From: Deltaproteobacteria bacterium GWA2_38_16
Lineage (GTDB): Bacteria; Bdellovibrionota; JACOXK01; 2-02-FULL-40-11
Direction: 5' to 3'
DNA: 64,000 nucleotides
Assembly (NCBI GenBank): GCA_001797335.1
Contig: MGPE01000005.1
Span: 153,013 to 217,012, forward strand
The notes beneath the pieces were generated by a model. That model saw only the letters and a list, made by a program, of their open reading frames with translations, ran no database searches and was not told the DNA's origin. Each line of letters starts with the position of its first letter. Within the stretch, counting starts at the first letter, position 1. Position numbers and translations under genes: made by a program. Below, piece after piece: positions 18,050 through 28,637 of the stretch.

Positions 18050-20914
18050 AGGGGAAGTTTGGGTTTCTGGAGGAGCTGGAGTGGGAGTTGGAGTAGGTTC
18101 AATGGGAGCTGGGGGTGGAGTGGGAAGTAGTTTTGGTTTGGGTTTTGGTTTTTGAGTTTTAGGCTTAGGAGTAATAATGGGTTTTGGGGGTGTTGAAATG
18201 ACAGACTCTAGGGTAGAGGTTCCGCGCACAATTCCTAGAGTATAATTTTCAAGATTAAAATATTTTCCAGCGACCGTATTAATATCTGCAGAGCTCACGC
18301 TATTTATTTTATCCATAAATTCTTGAACAAAAGAGGTAGGCCTTCCCTCCATTTCATTTTTGGCATAAAGATGGGCCTGAAACTGTCTTGATTCTAACTT
18401 GAGCGATAATTCTCCCAGAAGGATATTTTTGGCGGCTAAAAGTTCTTTGCTTTCAATCGCTTCATCTTTTAATTTTTTATATTCTTCGAGTAAAAAACGG
18501 AGTGCTTTTTTTTCATCTTCGGGAGAAGTGGTGATAAAAGTAGTAAAAACACCGCCATGTTCGTATCCATAAAAATGGCTATTAATCGTATAGGCCAATT
18601 TTTCTTTGGAGCGCAGTCTTAGTCCAAATCGACCCGAGGCTTCGCCCGTTAAATTTTCTAAAACCTGGAGTGTAAACTGATCTGGATGGGAGAGGGGAAT
18701 GGTTTCAAATCCAATTAAAAGGGCGGTTTGCTCTCGGTTTCGGTCTTTAAAATTTTCACTGATGAATGTGGGTAGTTTAATTTCTTCAGTTTCTGAAAAT
18801 TCATGTCTTCGGGGAGGAGTAGTTTTAAAATAATTTTCCATGCTGGTTCTTAAATCTAGGGTATTAAAATCTCCCACAGCGCTGATGACCATATCAGTGC
18901 TATTAATGTGATCTCCCTGCCACTGAATGAGTTTATCTGCAGTAATTTTTGAGATCGAAGAACTAAACCCAAAGGTGGGAAAACTGTAAGGGTGTGCTTT
19001 AAATGCAGCTTCTCTAAAAAGCGCATACGTATAAAGTTTGGGGATATCTTGTTCTTCTTCTTGAAGAGAAATGAGATTGTCTTTTTCTTGACTGAGAATC
19101 GAAGGAGGAAAAGAAGGATGAAGAATAATGTCAGATACAATTTTTAATCCTTCATCAAAATTTTGGGTAGGGATAGTCAGTTGATACCCAAAATAATCAG
19201 GTTCACAAACCGTTGTAACCTGTGCCCCCAATGTATTTAATCCTTCGGCGATGGCTTCTTCAGAACGAGTTGTCGTGCCCCTTAGGCTTGTTTTTAAGAG
19301 AAGTTGTGTAATGCCACTTAAAGATTTTGGTTCATGAACCCGTCCTCCCTTAAAATAAATGTGGAAGACGATAAAAGGAAAACTATGGTCTTCTTTCAAC
19401 AGTAAAATGGCATTATTACTGAGCTGATATTTCTTTAAGGCAGAAAGGGCGTTTGGAGAAGTTTTGGTTTTTTTAAAAAAAGGTAATTCTTGAAAATCGG
19501 CAAAATCGGCAGGTGAAGTTCCTTCTATAGGAGTAGTTTTAAATCCCACAGTTGAGGACGCCAATAATTTTTTTTCTAATTCTCGTTCTGAGTAATAAGG
19601 GACATTTTTTTCTTTAGGCAGATATTCTACAATAGAAAATTTTTCGATTGAAAAATATTTTTTAGCCACTTCTTGGAGAAGTTGAGGAGTTAAAGAGTGA
19701 AGTTTTTCAAGATGATGATTAAATAACGTATAGTCTCCGGTATGCTCAAAAAAAGCCAATGTTTGAGCAAGCTCTAAGGATGTTTCTTGAGTTAAGAAAG
19801 TGTGGGTCTTTATTTGATTTAAAATGATTTTCAGTTCTGCATCAGAAAGAAGTTTATGTTTTAAGCGTTCTATTTCTGAAAATAAAGACACTTCTGTATC
19901 TAATATTTTTTTGATATCAACCCTGGCATTTAAAGAAAAAAAGCCCATGTCTTTATAAAATTCTGTTGAAAGAGAAGCATCGTATACTAAAGCATGCTTT
20001 TTTATTTTTGAATTGAGTAAAAAAGAAAGAAATATCAAGGCATCTTTATCTTCATGTGAAAAAGAGGGAAGGGGAAAGCCCATAAAAATATAGGCATTCC
20101 GAATATCAGATTTGATGCGTTTAAATCGAAAAGCGGTCTGTTCTGGTTCAGGTTCTCCTGGAGTAACCGTTTGGCTTTGTTGAACGGCGGGTGGCTCTTC
20201 TCCGTAATAACGTTTGATAGATTTTAAAGCTTCCTTGGCATTCACATCTCCCACAAGGATGAGAACGGTGTTATCTGTTTTGTAATATCGGCTAAAGAAA
20301 TCTAAAAGATCATTTCGGGTGAGGTGCCTTAAATTTTCTTCGCTTCCCAAATGAGAACGGTGCAGAGGATGTTTTAAAAAAGTGAGTTTCTTAAGAGATT
20401 CTTTTCCCATCTCTTTTGGATTATCTTTGAGTGATTTAAGTTCTTGAATAACAATTTCAGTTTCTTTTGAAAGTTCTGTTGGATCTATCTTCATTTGAAA
20501 AATGGCATCAGACATAAGTTCTATGCCTTGTTCAAAATATCGATTGGGAAGGGTCATTTGATAGCGGGTGTAATCGTTTTGTGTTTGGGTGGTCAGTGTT
20601 GCTCCATAAACATGGGCTTCTTTTAAAATATCATCGGGGCCTGGACGTTTGGTCGTGCCTTTCATGGCCATGTGTTCTAAAAGGTGTGAAACGCCTTCTT
20701 TTTTGTCGGATTCATGAAAATATCCTGCTTGAATATCGGTGACCAAAGAGACAAGAGCAGTAGAGTGATCTTCTTTAATAATGACGGTAAGTCCATTTTT
20801 AAGTTTAGTTTTGACAATGCCCCACGGATCTTGAATAATTTTTTCTTGTTGGCAGGAAGTGTGCAAAGAACCAAAAACAATTAATAAAATCCACGTCAGA
20901 TAACTTTTAAGCAT
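18035..20914 (-). CDS. secreted M16 (pitrilysin/insulinase) family zinc peptidase, two tandem M16 units, Pro/Thr/Lys-rich C-terminal tail
   Basis: Signal peptide; inverted zinc motif HLLEH (GVSHLLEHMAMKGT); 959 aa; C-terminal PKPKTQKPKPKPKLLPTPPPAPIEPTPTPTPAPP. Confidence 0.8.
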   Translation of the reverse strand: MLKSYLTWILLIVFGSLHTSCQQEKIIQDPWGIVKTKLKNGLTVIIKEDHSTALVSLVTDIQAGYFHESDKKEGVSHLLEHMAMKGTTKRPGPDDILKEAHVYGATLTTQTQNDYTRYQMTLPNRYFEQGIELMSDAIFQMKIDPTELSKETEIVIQELKSLKDNPKEMGKESLKKLTFLKHPLHRSHLGSEENLRHLTRNDLLDFFSRYYKTDNTVLILVGDVNAKEALKSIKRYYGEEPPAVQQSQTVTPGEPEPEQTAFRFKRIKSDIRNAYIFMGFPLPSFSHEDKDALIFLSFLLNSKIKKHALVYDASLSTEFYKDMGFFSLNARVDIKKILDTEVSLFSEIERLKHKLLSDAELKIILNQIKTHTFLTQETSLELAQTLAFFEHTGDYTLFNHHLEKLHSLTPQLLQEVAKKYFSIEKFSIVEYLPKEKNVPYYSERELEKKLLASSTVGFKTTPIEGTSPADFADFQELPFFKKTKTSPNALSALKKYQLSNNAILLLKEDHSFPFIVFHIYFKGGRVHEPKSLSGITQLLLKTSLRGTTTRSEEAIAEGLNTLGAQVTTVCEPDYFGYQLTIPTQNFDEGLKIVSDIILHPSFPPSILSQEKDNLISLQEEEQDIPKLYTYALFREAAFKAHPYSFPTFGFSSSISKITADKLIQWQGDHINSTDMVISAVGDFNTLDLRTSMENYFKTTPPRRHEFSETEEIKLPTFISENFKDRNREQTALLIGFETIPLSHPDQFTLQVLENLTGEASGRFGLRLRSKEKLAYTINSHFYGYEHGGVFTTFITTSPEDEKKALRFLLEEYKKLKDEAIESKELLAAKNILLGELSLKLESRQFQAHLYAKNEMEGRPTSFVQEFMDKINSVSSADINTVAGKYFNLENYTLGIVRGTSTLESVISTPPKPIITPKPKTQKPKPKPKLLPTPPPAPIEPTPTPTPAPPETQTSPSPQP

Positions 20915-21079
20915 CTCTTTTAGCTATAGAAAAAATCCTTATTTTTGTAAAGCGTAAAGCACTTTCGTACTTTCATGGAATTCTCATGATTTTTTAATCT
21001 TTGAAAAAAAATTTAGACAATCCCAAAAGAGTTTTATATAATAAAGATATATTGTACGTAAGCTGGAATTCTAAATGTC

Positions 21080-22702
21080 ATGAAAAAGCCGAGACGCGCA
21101 TTTATTTTATTTATTTTAATGGGAATAGGAGTTGGGTGTATGGGGCCACCTCCTACCGACACTCCCACTCGTGTTTCTATTACCGATAGCGAAGGGGCAG
21201 AAGAAGAGACTATCTCTTTGGCTCAAGGCATGACGCATCGATTATATTCCGGGGTGTATGTAGCAGATGTGGTTGGGGAGCGATATATTGGTGTAGCCGA
21301 TGGAAAAGATTTTTTATCCGATAATGAGTTTAGTGTAGTTAAAAATGATCCCACCTCAGATCCAACCGTCATTGATTTAAAACCCAATGGATGTGTTGTG
21401 GCCAAAAAAAGTGGAATAGCCAAAGTTCGTTTTTCTACCTTTTCTCTGAAAGCAGGGATGTTAAAAACCATTGCTACTATTCAGGTGAAAGATGCAGTTG
21501 TTCAGCCAATAGGTTTAAAAACCGGGGTTAAAGATTTTTCAGTATCAGAACTGCGAGATGCAGTGGGGATAAAATATGGCATGGCTTTGGATAATAAGTT
21601 TTTTTTGGTGCCAGAGACGGTTTCTCAGACGTTGGCAGATAGTGAAGGGATTGCCATTGAAAGTAGCGGCACGGCTAAGCTTCCAACCCTATGGGCGGAT
21701 CAGTTACGGGGAGGATTTTTTGTGGGATATGGAAAGGATGTGTCGGGTAAAGATCGGCTGTCCTATATGATGGTGGATAGCAAAGGAACTCGAGTCCCCG
21801 GGGCTTTTAGTGCTTTAACAGATGTAGATTTAAAAAGGATTTATGGGGGACAGCTTAGAAATTCTGTTCCTGTGACACTGGCTCTTTCAAAACTGAAAGA
21901 TAAAGAGGAGTTAGGAATGTTTGGATTTATTGGAAGTCTGACACCTTCTCAAAGTATAAATGCAGGATTTTTGGGAGGAATCGAATTTCCTTTATTTCCA
22001 GACAGTGAGTTAGATCGATCGGTTCAGTTTTCAAAGGATCCATACGGGGGAATGCATTTTGCTGCCGGAGCGTTTATTAACCATCCAGATTCGACAGATG
22101 CCAATAAAATAGAGACCGTTAATCAACTTAAAATAATTTACTATGGTGATGCAGGTCTTAAAATAGAAACTCCTGCCGAAATGACGGTGGATAGGGCCTT
22201 TGCCTTTGCCTTTGATGCTTCCGGAGAATATCCCAGGGTTATTTTTATTCAAAGTAAAAACCTTTTATTTTCCCAACGATTGGGAGGATGGGTTCTTGCT
22301 TTTAGAGTGGTGGATTTTGATGTGGATGAAACTTTTTCACCCAGACTTTTATCTAATAGCGAAGATGGAACGCTTGTTGCCTTATGGAAAAATGGAGGAA
22401 TATTAAAAGTCAAAATGTCTTTAGATGGTGGGGCAACATGGTCAGAGGCTATGTCTTTGGTCAATGTGGCAGTATTAGATGCAGAACTTATTCCTTTACC
22501 GTGCGGAGGGACAGGACTTTTAACCGTGGAATCGAGTGGCGTTAATCTTCGATTTATCGATAGCACTCAAAAACAATTTTCAGCGCCGGTTAGTATTTCT
22601 AGTACAGCTGTTAAAAAAATAAAAATGTTTCGTCATGGAAGAAATATTCGGATTTTTTACTTGAATCAAAATGGAGGACTTCATTTGGTACGTATTTTGT
22701 AA
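21080..22702 (+). CDS. lipoprotein with Ig-like (BIG2-like) region and BNR/Asp-box motif
   Basis: Lipobox GVGC; Asp-box SLDGGATW; 540 aa. Confidence 0.5.
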   Translation: MKKPRRAFILFILMGIGVGCMGPPPTDTPTRVSITDSEGAEEETISLAQGMTHRLYSGVYVADVVGERYIGVADGKDFLSDNEFSVVKNDPTSDPTVIDLKPNGCVVAKKSGIAKVRFSTFSLKAGMLKTIATIQVKDAVVQPIGLKTGVKDFSVSELRDAVGIKYGMALDNKFFLVPETVSQTLADSEGIAIESSGTAKLPTLWADQLRGGFFVGYGKDVSGKDRLSYMMVDSKGTRVPGAFSALTDVDLKRIYGGQLRNSVPVTLALSKLKDKEELGMFGFIGSLTPSQSINAGFLGGIEFPLFPDSELDRSVQFSKDPYGGMHFAAGAFINHPDSTDANKIETVNQLKIIYYGDAGLKIETPAEMTVDRAFAFAFDASGEYPRVIFIQSKNLLFSQRLGGWVLAFRVVDFDVDETFSPRLLSNSEDGTLVALWKNGGILKVKMSLDGGATWSEAMSLVNVAVLDAELIPLPCGGTGLLTVESSGVNLRFIDSTQKQFSAPVSISSTAVKKIKMFRHGRNIRIFYLNQNGGLHLVRIL

Positions 22703-22716
22703 GGGAGGATATATCT

Positions 22717-24717
22717 ATGTTAAAAAGAGTATTCATTATCGTCATTATTTTAGAGGTGGCTTATCTTTTAGGGTGCAGTGACAAGGGAACAGGAAAAGGA
22801 ACCTTTTCTTCTTCATCAGGAGGACAGGCAATAACAAGCCAAGATTTTTTAGATGAAACGGGAGTGGTTGCAGCCGGTTCTGTGGTGGATTTATCTTCTG
22901 ATCCCAATATCGAAGAGGTAGAACCCATCGCTGCTGTATTTATTCACTGTGGTATGGATGCAGGGGATATGGAGTGTTCTTCAGAAACAGAAGATATTTC
23001 TTCTGAAGAGATGGAAATTAAAAATGGAAAACTTTTTATTAAAAAAGAAGGAGAATATTTATTACGAGTAAAAGAGATGGGAAAAGAAGAAAGGGTAATT
23101 AAATTATCCGTTGGCGATCCCAAAAAAGAGGCAGTTTCCTTCCCTGCTTTTCAACATGTTAAACTGCATTCCTTTCATTCTCTTAAAGAGGGCGATGACC
23201 CAAAGATATATTATTTTAGATTAACCCCTGTTTTTGAAAAATTAGAAGAATTTTTTAAGGCTTTCCCCATGCTTTCTGTAAAATGGGAAGTAAAAGCCGA
23301 AAAGGGTGGACAATTTAAAATTTTAGATGAAGACTTTTATGTCTTAAATAAAATTCGGCATTTCCAAAAAAGTATTTATTTTAAAGATCTAGATCAATAC
23401 ACGATTACAGCTACACTTTTATTGTCTGATGGTCGAAGTGTTTCAGACAGTGTGGTTGTGACGGTGTCAGAAGAAGGGGGAGTGGATGTCGGAGAAGGGA
23501 TCTCGGCAGCCATAAGGCTTTCTTCTACTTCTGCTGGTTATGAGATTGATCAAAAAATTTCATTAAATGCAGACGTGACTTCCTTAGAAGGGTTAGCGCT
23601 AGATCCAGCCAAGCTAAGTTATCGCTGGAGTGTAAAAAGAACGAAGATGTGGTCATGCCCTTCTATGGTGATGCGGTGGCAAAAAATGCCTTCCGATCAG
23701 TCTTCAAATTCTGACTCAAATAGAATGAGCAAAGTGTGTGGAGCTGAACATGAGACTGATGCTAAAGAGCATCAAGATTATGAATTTACCAAAGATGCAA
23801 CGGCTAAAGAGTCTGAGATTCAGTTTAAAAAAGGAGGCAACTATGAGATTCAACTCTTAGCTTCCTATCCTGCATCCACTGATGAACAATATACTTCTAC
23901 GGCTAGAGAAAGAATCTATATTCGTTATGCAGATGTTGTTCCTACTCCCATTGATCCTCAAAAATATCGATTACGAACCTGGATAGAGGATGTAGAAGAA
24001 AAAGAGGGGGGAAAACTTTTGGCTCAAGTGAGAGGACAGATTGAGATGGTGAGACGGTTCTATATGACAGGATCAGGAGCTTCAGGAGGAGGAATGCCGA
24101 ATTTTCGTCTTGAATGGGCATTTGAAGATTCAGATGTGGTTATAGAGAATACACAAGAAATGATTTCTGTGACTTTTCCTAAAGAAGGGCAATACAAAGC
24201 CAAAGTGAGTGCCTATGCCAAAAATCATGTATGTAATCCTTCGACGACTCGAAGCTCAACTGTTGTAAACCCAGATGAGGAAGTACTCCTGTTTAAGGAT
24301 AAGGAAGTGACATTAGATATTCAAAAAACAACGTATACCTTAAACATTTCTGTAGCTCATGCAGGAGTAACAAATAATGAACTAGTCGGAGAACTTTATG
24401 CTCAACTTTCTCGGTCTAATGATACGTGTTCTGTGATGATCTATCGAAAGGCAGGTGCCTCCCATAATCAAATGTCTGGATCTTCCTGTTGTGGGGGAGG
24501 GCATATGTCTCAAAGTTATACCTTTGAATGGCAATTTACAGATGAACGTGTGAAAGAAACCTCTGCAAGCATGGGTTCATCTCATGATCATGGCATGTTT
24601 ATTTTCCCTCAAGAAGGATCCTATGAGGTTTTAGTGAAAGTGTATCGGTGGAAAGCTGCAGATAAAATTTTGATGATGGAAAAAACAGAAACCGTTGTGG
24701 TTATTAAAACGATGTAA
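22717..24717 (+). CDS. hypothetical lipoprotein (666 aa)
   Basis: Signal peptide with lipobox LLGC; no recognisable catalytic motif. Confidence 0.5.
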   Translation: MLKRVFIIVIILEVAYLLGCSDKGTGKGTFSSSSGGQAITSQDFLDETGVVAAGSVVDLSSDPNIEEVEPIAAVFIHCGMDAGDMECSSETEDISSEEMEIKNGKLFIKKEGEYLLRVKEMGKEERVIKLSVGDPKKEAVSFPAFQHVKLHSFHSLKEGDDPKIYYFRLTPVFEKLEEFFKAFPMLSVKWEVKAEKGGQFKILDEDFYVLNKIRHFQKSIYFKDLDQYTITATLLLSDGRSVSDSVVVTVSEEGGVDVGEGISAAIRLSSTSAGYEIDQKISLNADVTSLEGLALDPAKLSYRWSVKRTKMWSCPSMVMRWQKMPSDQSSNSDSNRMSKVCGAEHETDAKEHQDYEFTKDATAKESEIQFKKGGNYEIQLLASYPASTDEQYTSTARERIYIRYADVVPTPIDPQKYRLRTWIEDVEEKEGGKLLAQVRGQIEMVRRFYMTGSGASGGGMPNFRLEWAFEDSDVVIENTQEMISVTFPKEGQYKAKVSAYAKNHVCNPSTTRSSTVVNPDEEVLLFKDKEVTLDIQKTTYTLNISVAHAGVTNNELVGELYAQLSRSNDTCSVMIYRKAGASHNQMSGSSCCGGGHMSQSYTFEWQFTDERVKETSASMGSSHDHGMFIFPQEGSYEVLVKVYRWKAADKILMMEKTETVVVIKTM

Positions 24718-24723
24718 ATAGTT

Positions 24724-25311
24724 ATGAAGTATATAAGACTCGTGAAGGGGAGTATTCTCTTCACAATGTCTTTACTTTTGGTGACGGCCAACGCTCAAGA
24801 GATGTCCGTTATTAAAAATAAAAACATTGTCATTATAAAAAAGCTCATTGAGGAACAAAGTCAGGGAAGAATTCAAAAGCCCTTGGCCCTGGCTCGTGTT
24901 ATTTTTCGAGAGTGCCAAAAACATCGCCTTGATCCTCTCTTGGTATTGGCGGTCATGGAGAGAGAATCCAGTTTTCGAGTAAAGGCGGTTTCACAAAAAG
25001 GGGCTATTGGGCTTATGCAAATTATGCCTCCGACAGGAAGAATGATTGCCAAATCTGCAAATTTATTCGACCCTCTTCAAAATACCAAAATAGGGATTTA
25101 TTATCTTAAAATATTAAAAAAACGATTTAAGCAAAATAAAATTTTATATTTAACCGCCTATAATATGGGCCCCAATCGTTTAAATTCTTTAAGAAATGAA
25201 TTTGCAACTCTTCAGTTTCGATATGCAAAATCAGTATTAAAATCACACCGAAAATTTAAAGCCCGCCAGGCACATTTAATGAAATATTTTGTTGCAGAGA
25301 TTTCTCATTAG
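24724..25311 (+). CDS. lytic transglycosylase (SLT domain) protein
   Basis: ESSFRVKAVSQKGAIGLMQIMPPTG and YLTAYNMGPNRL motifs; signal peptide. Confidence 0.7.
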   Translation: MKYIRLVKGSILFTMSLLLVTANAQEMSVIKNKNIVIIKKLIEEQSQGRIQKPLALARVIFRECQKHRLDPLLVLAVMERESSFRVKAVSQKGAIGLMQIMPPTGRMIAKSANLFDPLQNTKIGIYYLKILKKRFKQNKILYLTAYNMGPNRLNSLRNEFATLQFRYAKSVLKSHRKFKARQAHLMKYFVAEISH

Positions 25312-25331
25312 AGTTAATACTCATCACCTTT

Positions 25332-26624
25332 ATGGATATTAAAATTGATGTTAAAGAAACGTCTTTATGTGAGAGAAAAATCAGTGTAGAAATTCCTGTT
25401 TCTCTCATTGAAGAAGAAATGCAGCGGTATTTTTCTTCTCTTTCTCGTGAGGTAAGGCTCAAAGGATTTCGAGAAGGAAAAGCTCCCATGGAAATTATTA
25501 AAGTGCAATTTCAAGGGGAGGTGTCCCGAAAAACCATTAGTCATTTAATTGAAAAAACGTATGAAAAGGTCCTCATGGATTATAAATTATTTCCGGTGAC
25601 TCAACCTAAAATTAAAGCCGATACTTGGAAGGAGGGAACGCCCTTTCAATATACAGCCATCGTTGAAGTAAAGCCAGAGCTTGAAGTGAAAGACTATCAA
25701 GGAATTCCTCTCCAAAAAGAAAAAATTAAAATCGACCCTAAAAAAATTCAAGATTCTTTAGAAGAATTACGTCAGAGCAAAAGTCAACTTAAGCTCATCG
25801 CTTCTCCTCGTGCTGCTCAAGAAAAAGATTTTGTTGTCATTGATTTTGAAGGAACCGTAGATGGAAAATCCTTTCCCGGAGGGAGTGCTAAAAATTTGTT
25901 ATATGAAATTGGGAGTCATCAATTTGTTCCTGATTTTGAAGAAGGGCTAAAAAACATGAAACCTTCGGAAGAAAAAGAAATTAATGTTCAATTTCCTTCT
26001 GATTTTCATGAAAAGAAATTGGCGGATAAAAAAACACTCTTTAAGGTAAAATTATTAGAAATTAAAGAAAAAGAAACTCCAGCGTTAGATGATGCGTTGG
26101 CTAAACAATTTGATGGCTGTCAAACGCTTCATGATTTAAAAGAAAAAGTTAAAAAAGATTTAACGACCTATGAAGAGCGTCGCATTCAAAAATTGGCAGA
26201 AGAAAACGCCTTAAAATATGTGGTTGAGAAAAATAAATTTACTCCTCCTTCCTCTATGGTGACCCGCCAGTATGATTTTTTAATGGATGATAGTAAAAAA
26301 AGGTTGGAACACATGGGGGCACCTAAAGAAAAATTAGAAGAAGAACTTCAAAAATGGGCTCAAAATCTTAAAGAAAAAGCCCAGTTTGATGTGTGTGTAG
26401 CGCTTTTATTGGAAGCCATTGCGAAGAAAGAAAAATTAGAAATTAATGAAAAAGAGCTAGACGAAGCGCTCGAAAAGCTAGCTAAGCAGAGTGGCGGGAC
26501 GTTGACTCAGATTAAGGCCTATTATAAGGATAAGGGGTATTTATCTCAGATCCGATGGCAGCTTTTGCAGGAAAAAACCATTGCGGTATTGATTTCTAAG
26601 GCCAAAATTAAAGAAATTGATTGA
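25332..26624 (+). CDS. tig: trigger factor
   Basis: 430 aa; PPIase-like middle domain (FVVIDFEGTVDGKSF); conserved position upstream of clpP-clpX. Confidence 0.9.
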   Translation: MDIKIDVKETSLCERKISVEIPVSLIEEEMQRYFSSLSREVRLKGFREGKAPMEIIKVQFQGEVSRKTISHLIEKTYEKVLMDYKLFPVTQPKIKADTWKEGTPFQYTAIVEVKPELEVKDYQGIPLQKEKIKIDPKKIQDSLEELRQSKSQLKLIASPRAAQEKDFVVIDFEGTVDGKSFPGGSAKNLLYEIGSHQFVPDFEEGLKNMKPSEEKEINVQFPSDFHEKKLADKKTLFKVKLLEIKEKETPALDDALAKQFDGCQTLHDLKEKVKKDLTTYEERRIQKLAEENALKYVVEKNKFTPPSSMVTRQYDFLMDDSKKRLEHMGAPKEKLEEELQKWAQNLKEKAQFDVCVALLLEAIAKKEKLEINEKELDEALEKLAKQSGGTLTQIKAYYKDKGYLSQIRWQLLQEKTIAVLISKAKIKEID

Positions 26625-26687
26625 GCTTCCCCTTCTTTTCACCTATAATATCCTTATATTCATGTCTCTAACTCAAGGGGGAATTCC

Positions 26688-27287
26688 ATGACACTGATAC
26701 CGATGGTTATTGAACAAACGGGTAGAGGAGAGCGAGCCTATGACATTTATTCTAGGCTTTTAAAGGATCGGATTTTATTTTTGGGTTCTCAGGTGAATGA
26801 CGATATTGCCAGCCTTATTATTGCTCAGCTCTTATTTTTGGAAGCCGAAGATCCAGAAAAAGACATTAGTTTTTATATTAATTCTCCAGGAGGAAGTGTT
26901 ACAGCCGGAATGGCTATTTACGATACCATGCAATACATTAAGCCAAATGTAGCCACCTATTGTTTAGGGATGGCAGCCAGCATGGGAGCGCTCCTTTTAG
27001 CCGCCGGACATCCTGAGAAACGCTTTATGATGCCACATGCAAGAGTGATGATTCATCAACCGATGGGGGGATTTCAGGGACAGGCCACAGATATTGATAT
27101 TCAAGCCAAAGAAATTTTATTATTAAAGAGAAAACTCAATGAAGTGTTGGTGCGCCATACGGGTCAAAGTCAAGAGACCATTGAAAAAGATACAGAACGT
27201 GATTATTACATGTCGGCTGAGCAAGCCAAAAAGTATGGTTTGGTGGACCATGTTATTGAGCATAGAAAAATGATGAAGGTAAAATAA
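26688..27287 (+). CDS. clpP: ATP-dependent Clp protease proteolytic subunit
   Basis: [19 protein letters not shown]...[21 protein letters not shown]; catalytic Ser/His context. Confidence 0.95.
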   Translation: MTLIPMVIEQTGRGERAYDIYSRLLKDRILFLGSQVNDDIASLIIAQLLFLEAEDPEKDISFYINSPGGSVTAGMAIYDTMQYIKPNVATYCLGMAASMGALLLAAGHPEKRFMMPHARVMIHQPMGGFQGQATDIDIQAKEILLLKRKLNEVLVRHTGQSQETIEKDTERDYYMSAEQAKKYGLVDHVIEHRKMMKVK

Positions 27288-27305
27288 ACACGTAAAGGAG
27301 ACTGT

Positions 27306-28622
27306 ATGTCAATACCGGGGGGAAGACGGGGAGATGAATTTGGAAATCTCTACTGCTCTTTTTGCGGAAAAAGTCAAAAAGAAGTTAAAAAATTGATTGC
27401 AGGTCCTACGGTTTATATTTGCGATGAGTGTATTGATTTATGTAACGATATTATTCGAGAAGAGGGAACCAAAGAAGCTACTCAGGTTTCTGTGACCTCG
27501 CTTCCTAAGCCGGCAGAGATCAAAGCCATTCTGGATGAATACGTCATTGGGCAAGAATTGGCTAAAAAGATTTTGTCTGTGGCCGTGTATAATCATTATA
27601 AAAGAATTCAAAATAAGAAACTCCCTCCGAGTGATGGATCTATAGAACTTCAAAAGAGCAATATTTTACTTTTGGGACCGACTGGAAGTGGGAAAACCTT
27701 GCTGGCACAGACCTTGGCAAAAATTTTAAAAGTCCCTTTTGCTATTGTGGATGCCACAACCCTTACCGAGGCAGGATATGTGGGAGAAGATGTTGAAAAT
27801 ATCATTCTTTATCTTTTGCAGCATGCAGAATTTGATATTGAAAAAGCATCCCGAGGGATTGTGTATATCGATGAAATCGATAAAATTGCCCGTAAGGGAG
27901 ATAATCCTTCTATAACGCGTGATGTGTCTGGAGAAGGAGTCCAGCAGGCCCTCTTAAAACTCATGGAAGGGACCATTGCCAATATTCCTCCCAAAGGGGG
28001 GAGAAAGCATCCTCAGCAAGAATTTTTACAGGTGGATACAACCAATATTTTATTTATCTGTGGAGGAGCCTTTGTTGGATTAGACAGTATTATTGATCGA
28101 CGGGTTGAAAATCGATCTATGGGAATTGGCGCTCACATTAAAGTAAAATCACAAAAATCTCTTTCAGAAAGCCTTCTCAAAGTTCAACCTGAGGATCTTT
28201 TAAGATTTGGGATGATTCCAGAGTTTGTAGGACGTCTTCCCATTATTGCAACCCTTCATGAGTTGAGCCATCAAGCACTGATTGATATTTTAGTAAAACC
28301 AAAAAATGCGTTGAGTAAGCAATATATGAAGTTATTTGAAATGGAAAATGTAAAACTTAAATTTACAGAAAGCGCTTTAACGGCTACAGCCGAAGAAGCG
28401 CGGAAACGGAAAACGGGAGCCAGAGGGCTAAGGGCTATTTTAGAACAAGCCATGATTGATGTGATGTATGAGCTTCCCTCTCTTAAAAATGTGAGAGAAT
28501 GTATTATCAATGAAGATGTTATTGTCAAAGGGGCAAAACCTGTATATATTTATGGATCTGAAAAAAAGGAGATAAAACTTTCAACGAAAGAAGAAGATGA
28601 TACAGAAGTAGAAAGTGCATAA
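27306..28622 (+). CDS. clpX: ATP-dependent Clp protease ATP-binding subunit ClpX
   Basis: N-terminal zinc finger [11 protein letters not shown]...CDECIDLC; Walker A GPTGSGKT. Confidence 0.95.
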   Translation: MSIPGGRRGDEFGNLYCSFCGKSQKEVKKLIAGPTVYICDECIDLCNDIIREEGTKEATQVSVTSLPKPAEIKAILDEYVIGQELAKKILSVAVYNHYKRIQNKKLPPSDGSIELQKSNILLLGPTGSGKTLLAQTLAKILKVPFAIVDATTLTEAGYVGEDVENIILYLLQHAEFDIEKASRGIVYIDEIDKIARKGDNPSITRDVSGEGVQQALLKLMEGTIANIPPKGGRKHPQQEFLQVDTTNILFICGGAFVGLDSIIDRRVENRSMGIGAHIKVKSQKSLSESLLKVQPEDLLRFGMIPEFVGRLPIIATLHELSHQALIDILVKPKNALSKQYMKLFEMENVKLKFTESALTATAEEARKRKTGARGLRAILEQAMIDVMYELPSLKNVRECIINEDVIVKGAKPVYIYGSEKKEIKLSTKEEDDTEVESA

Positions 28623-28637
28623 AAAATAGAAAGCCTC

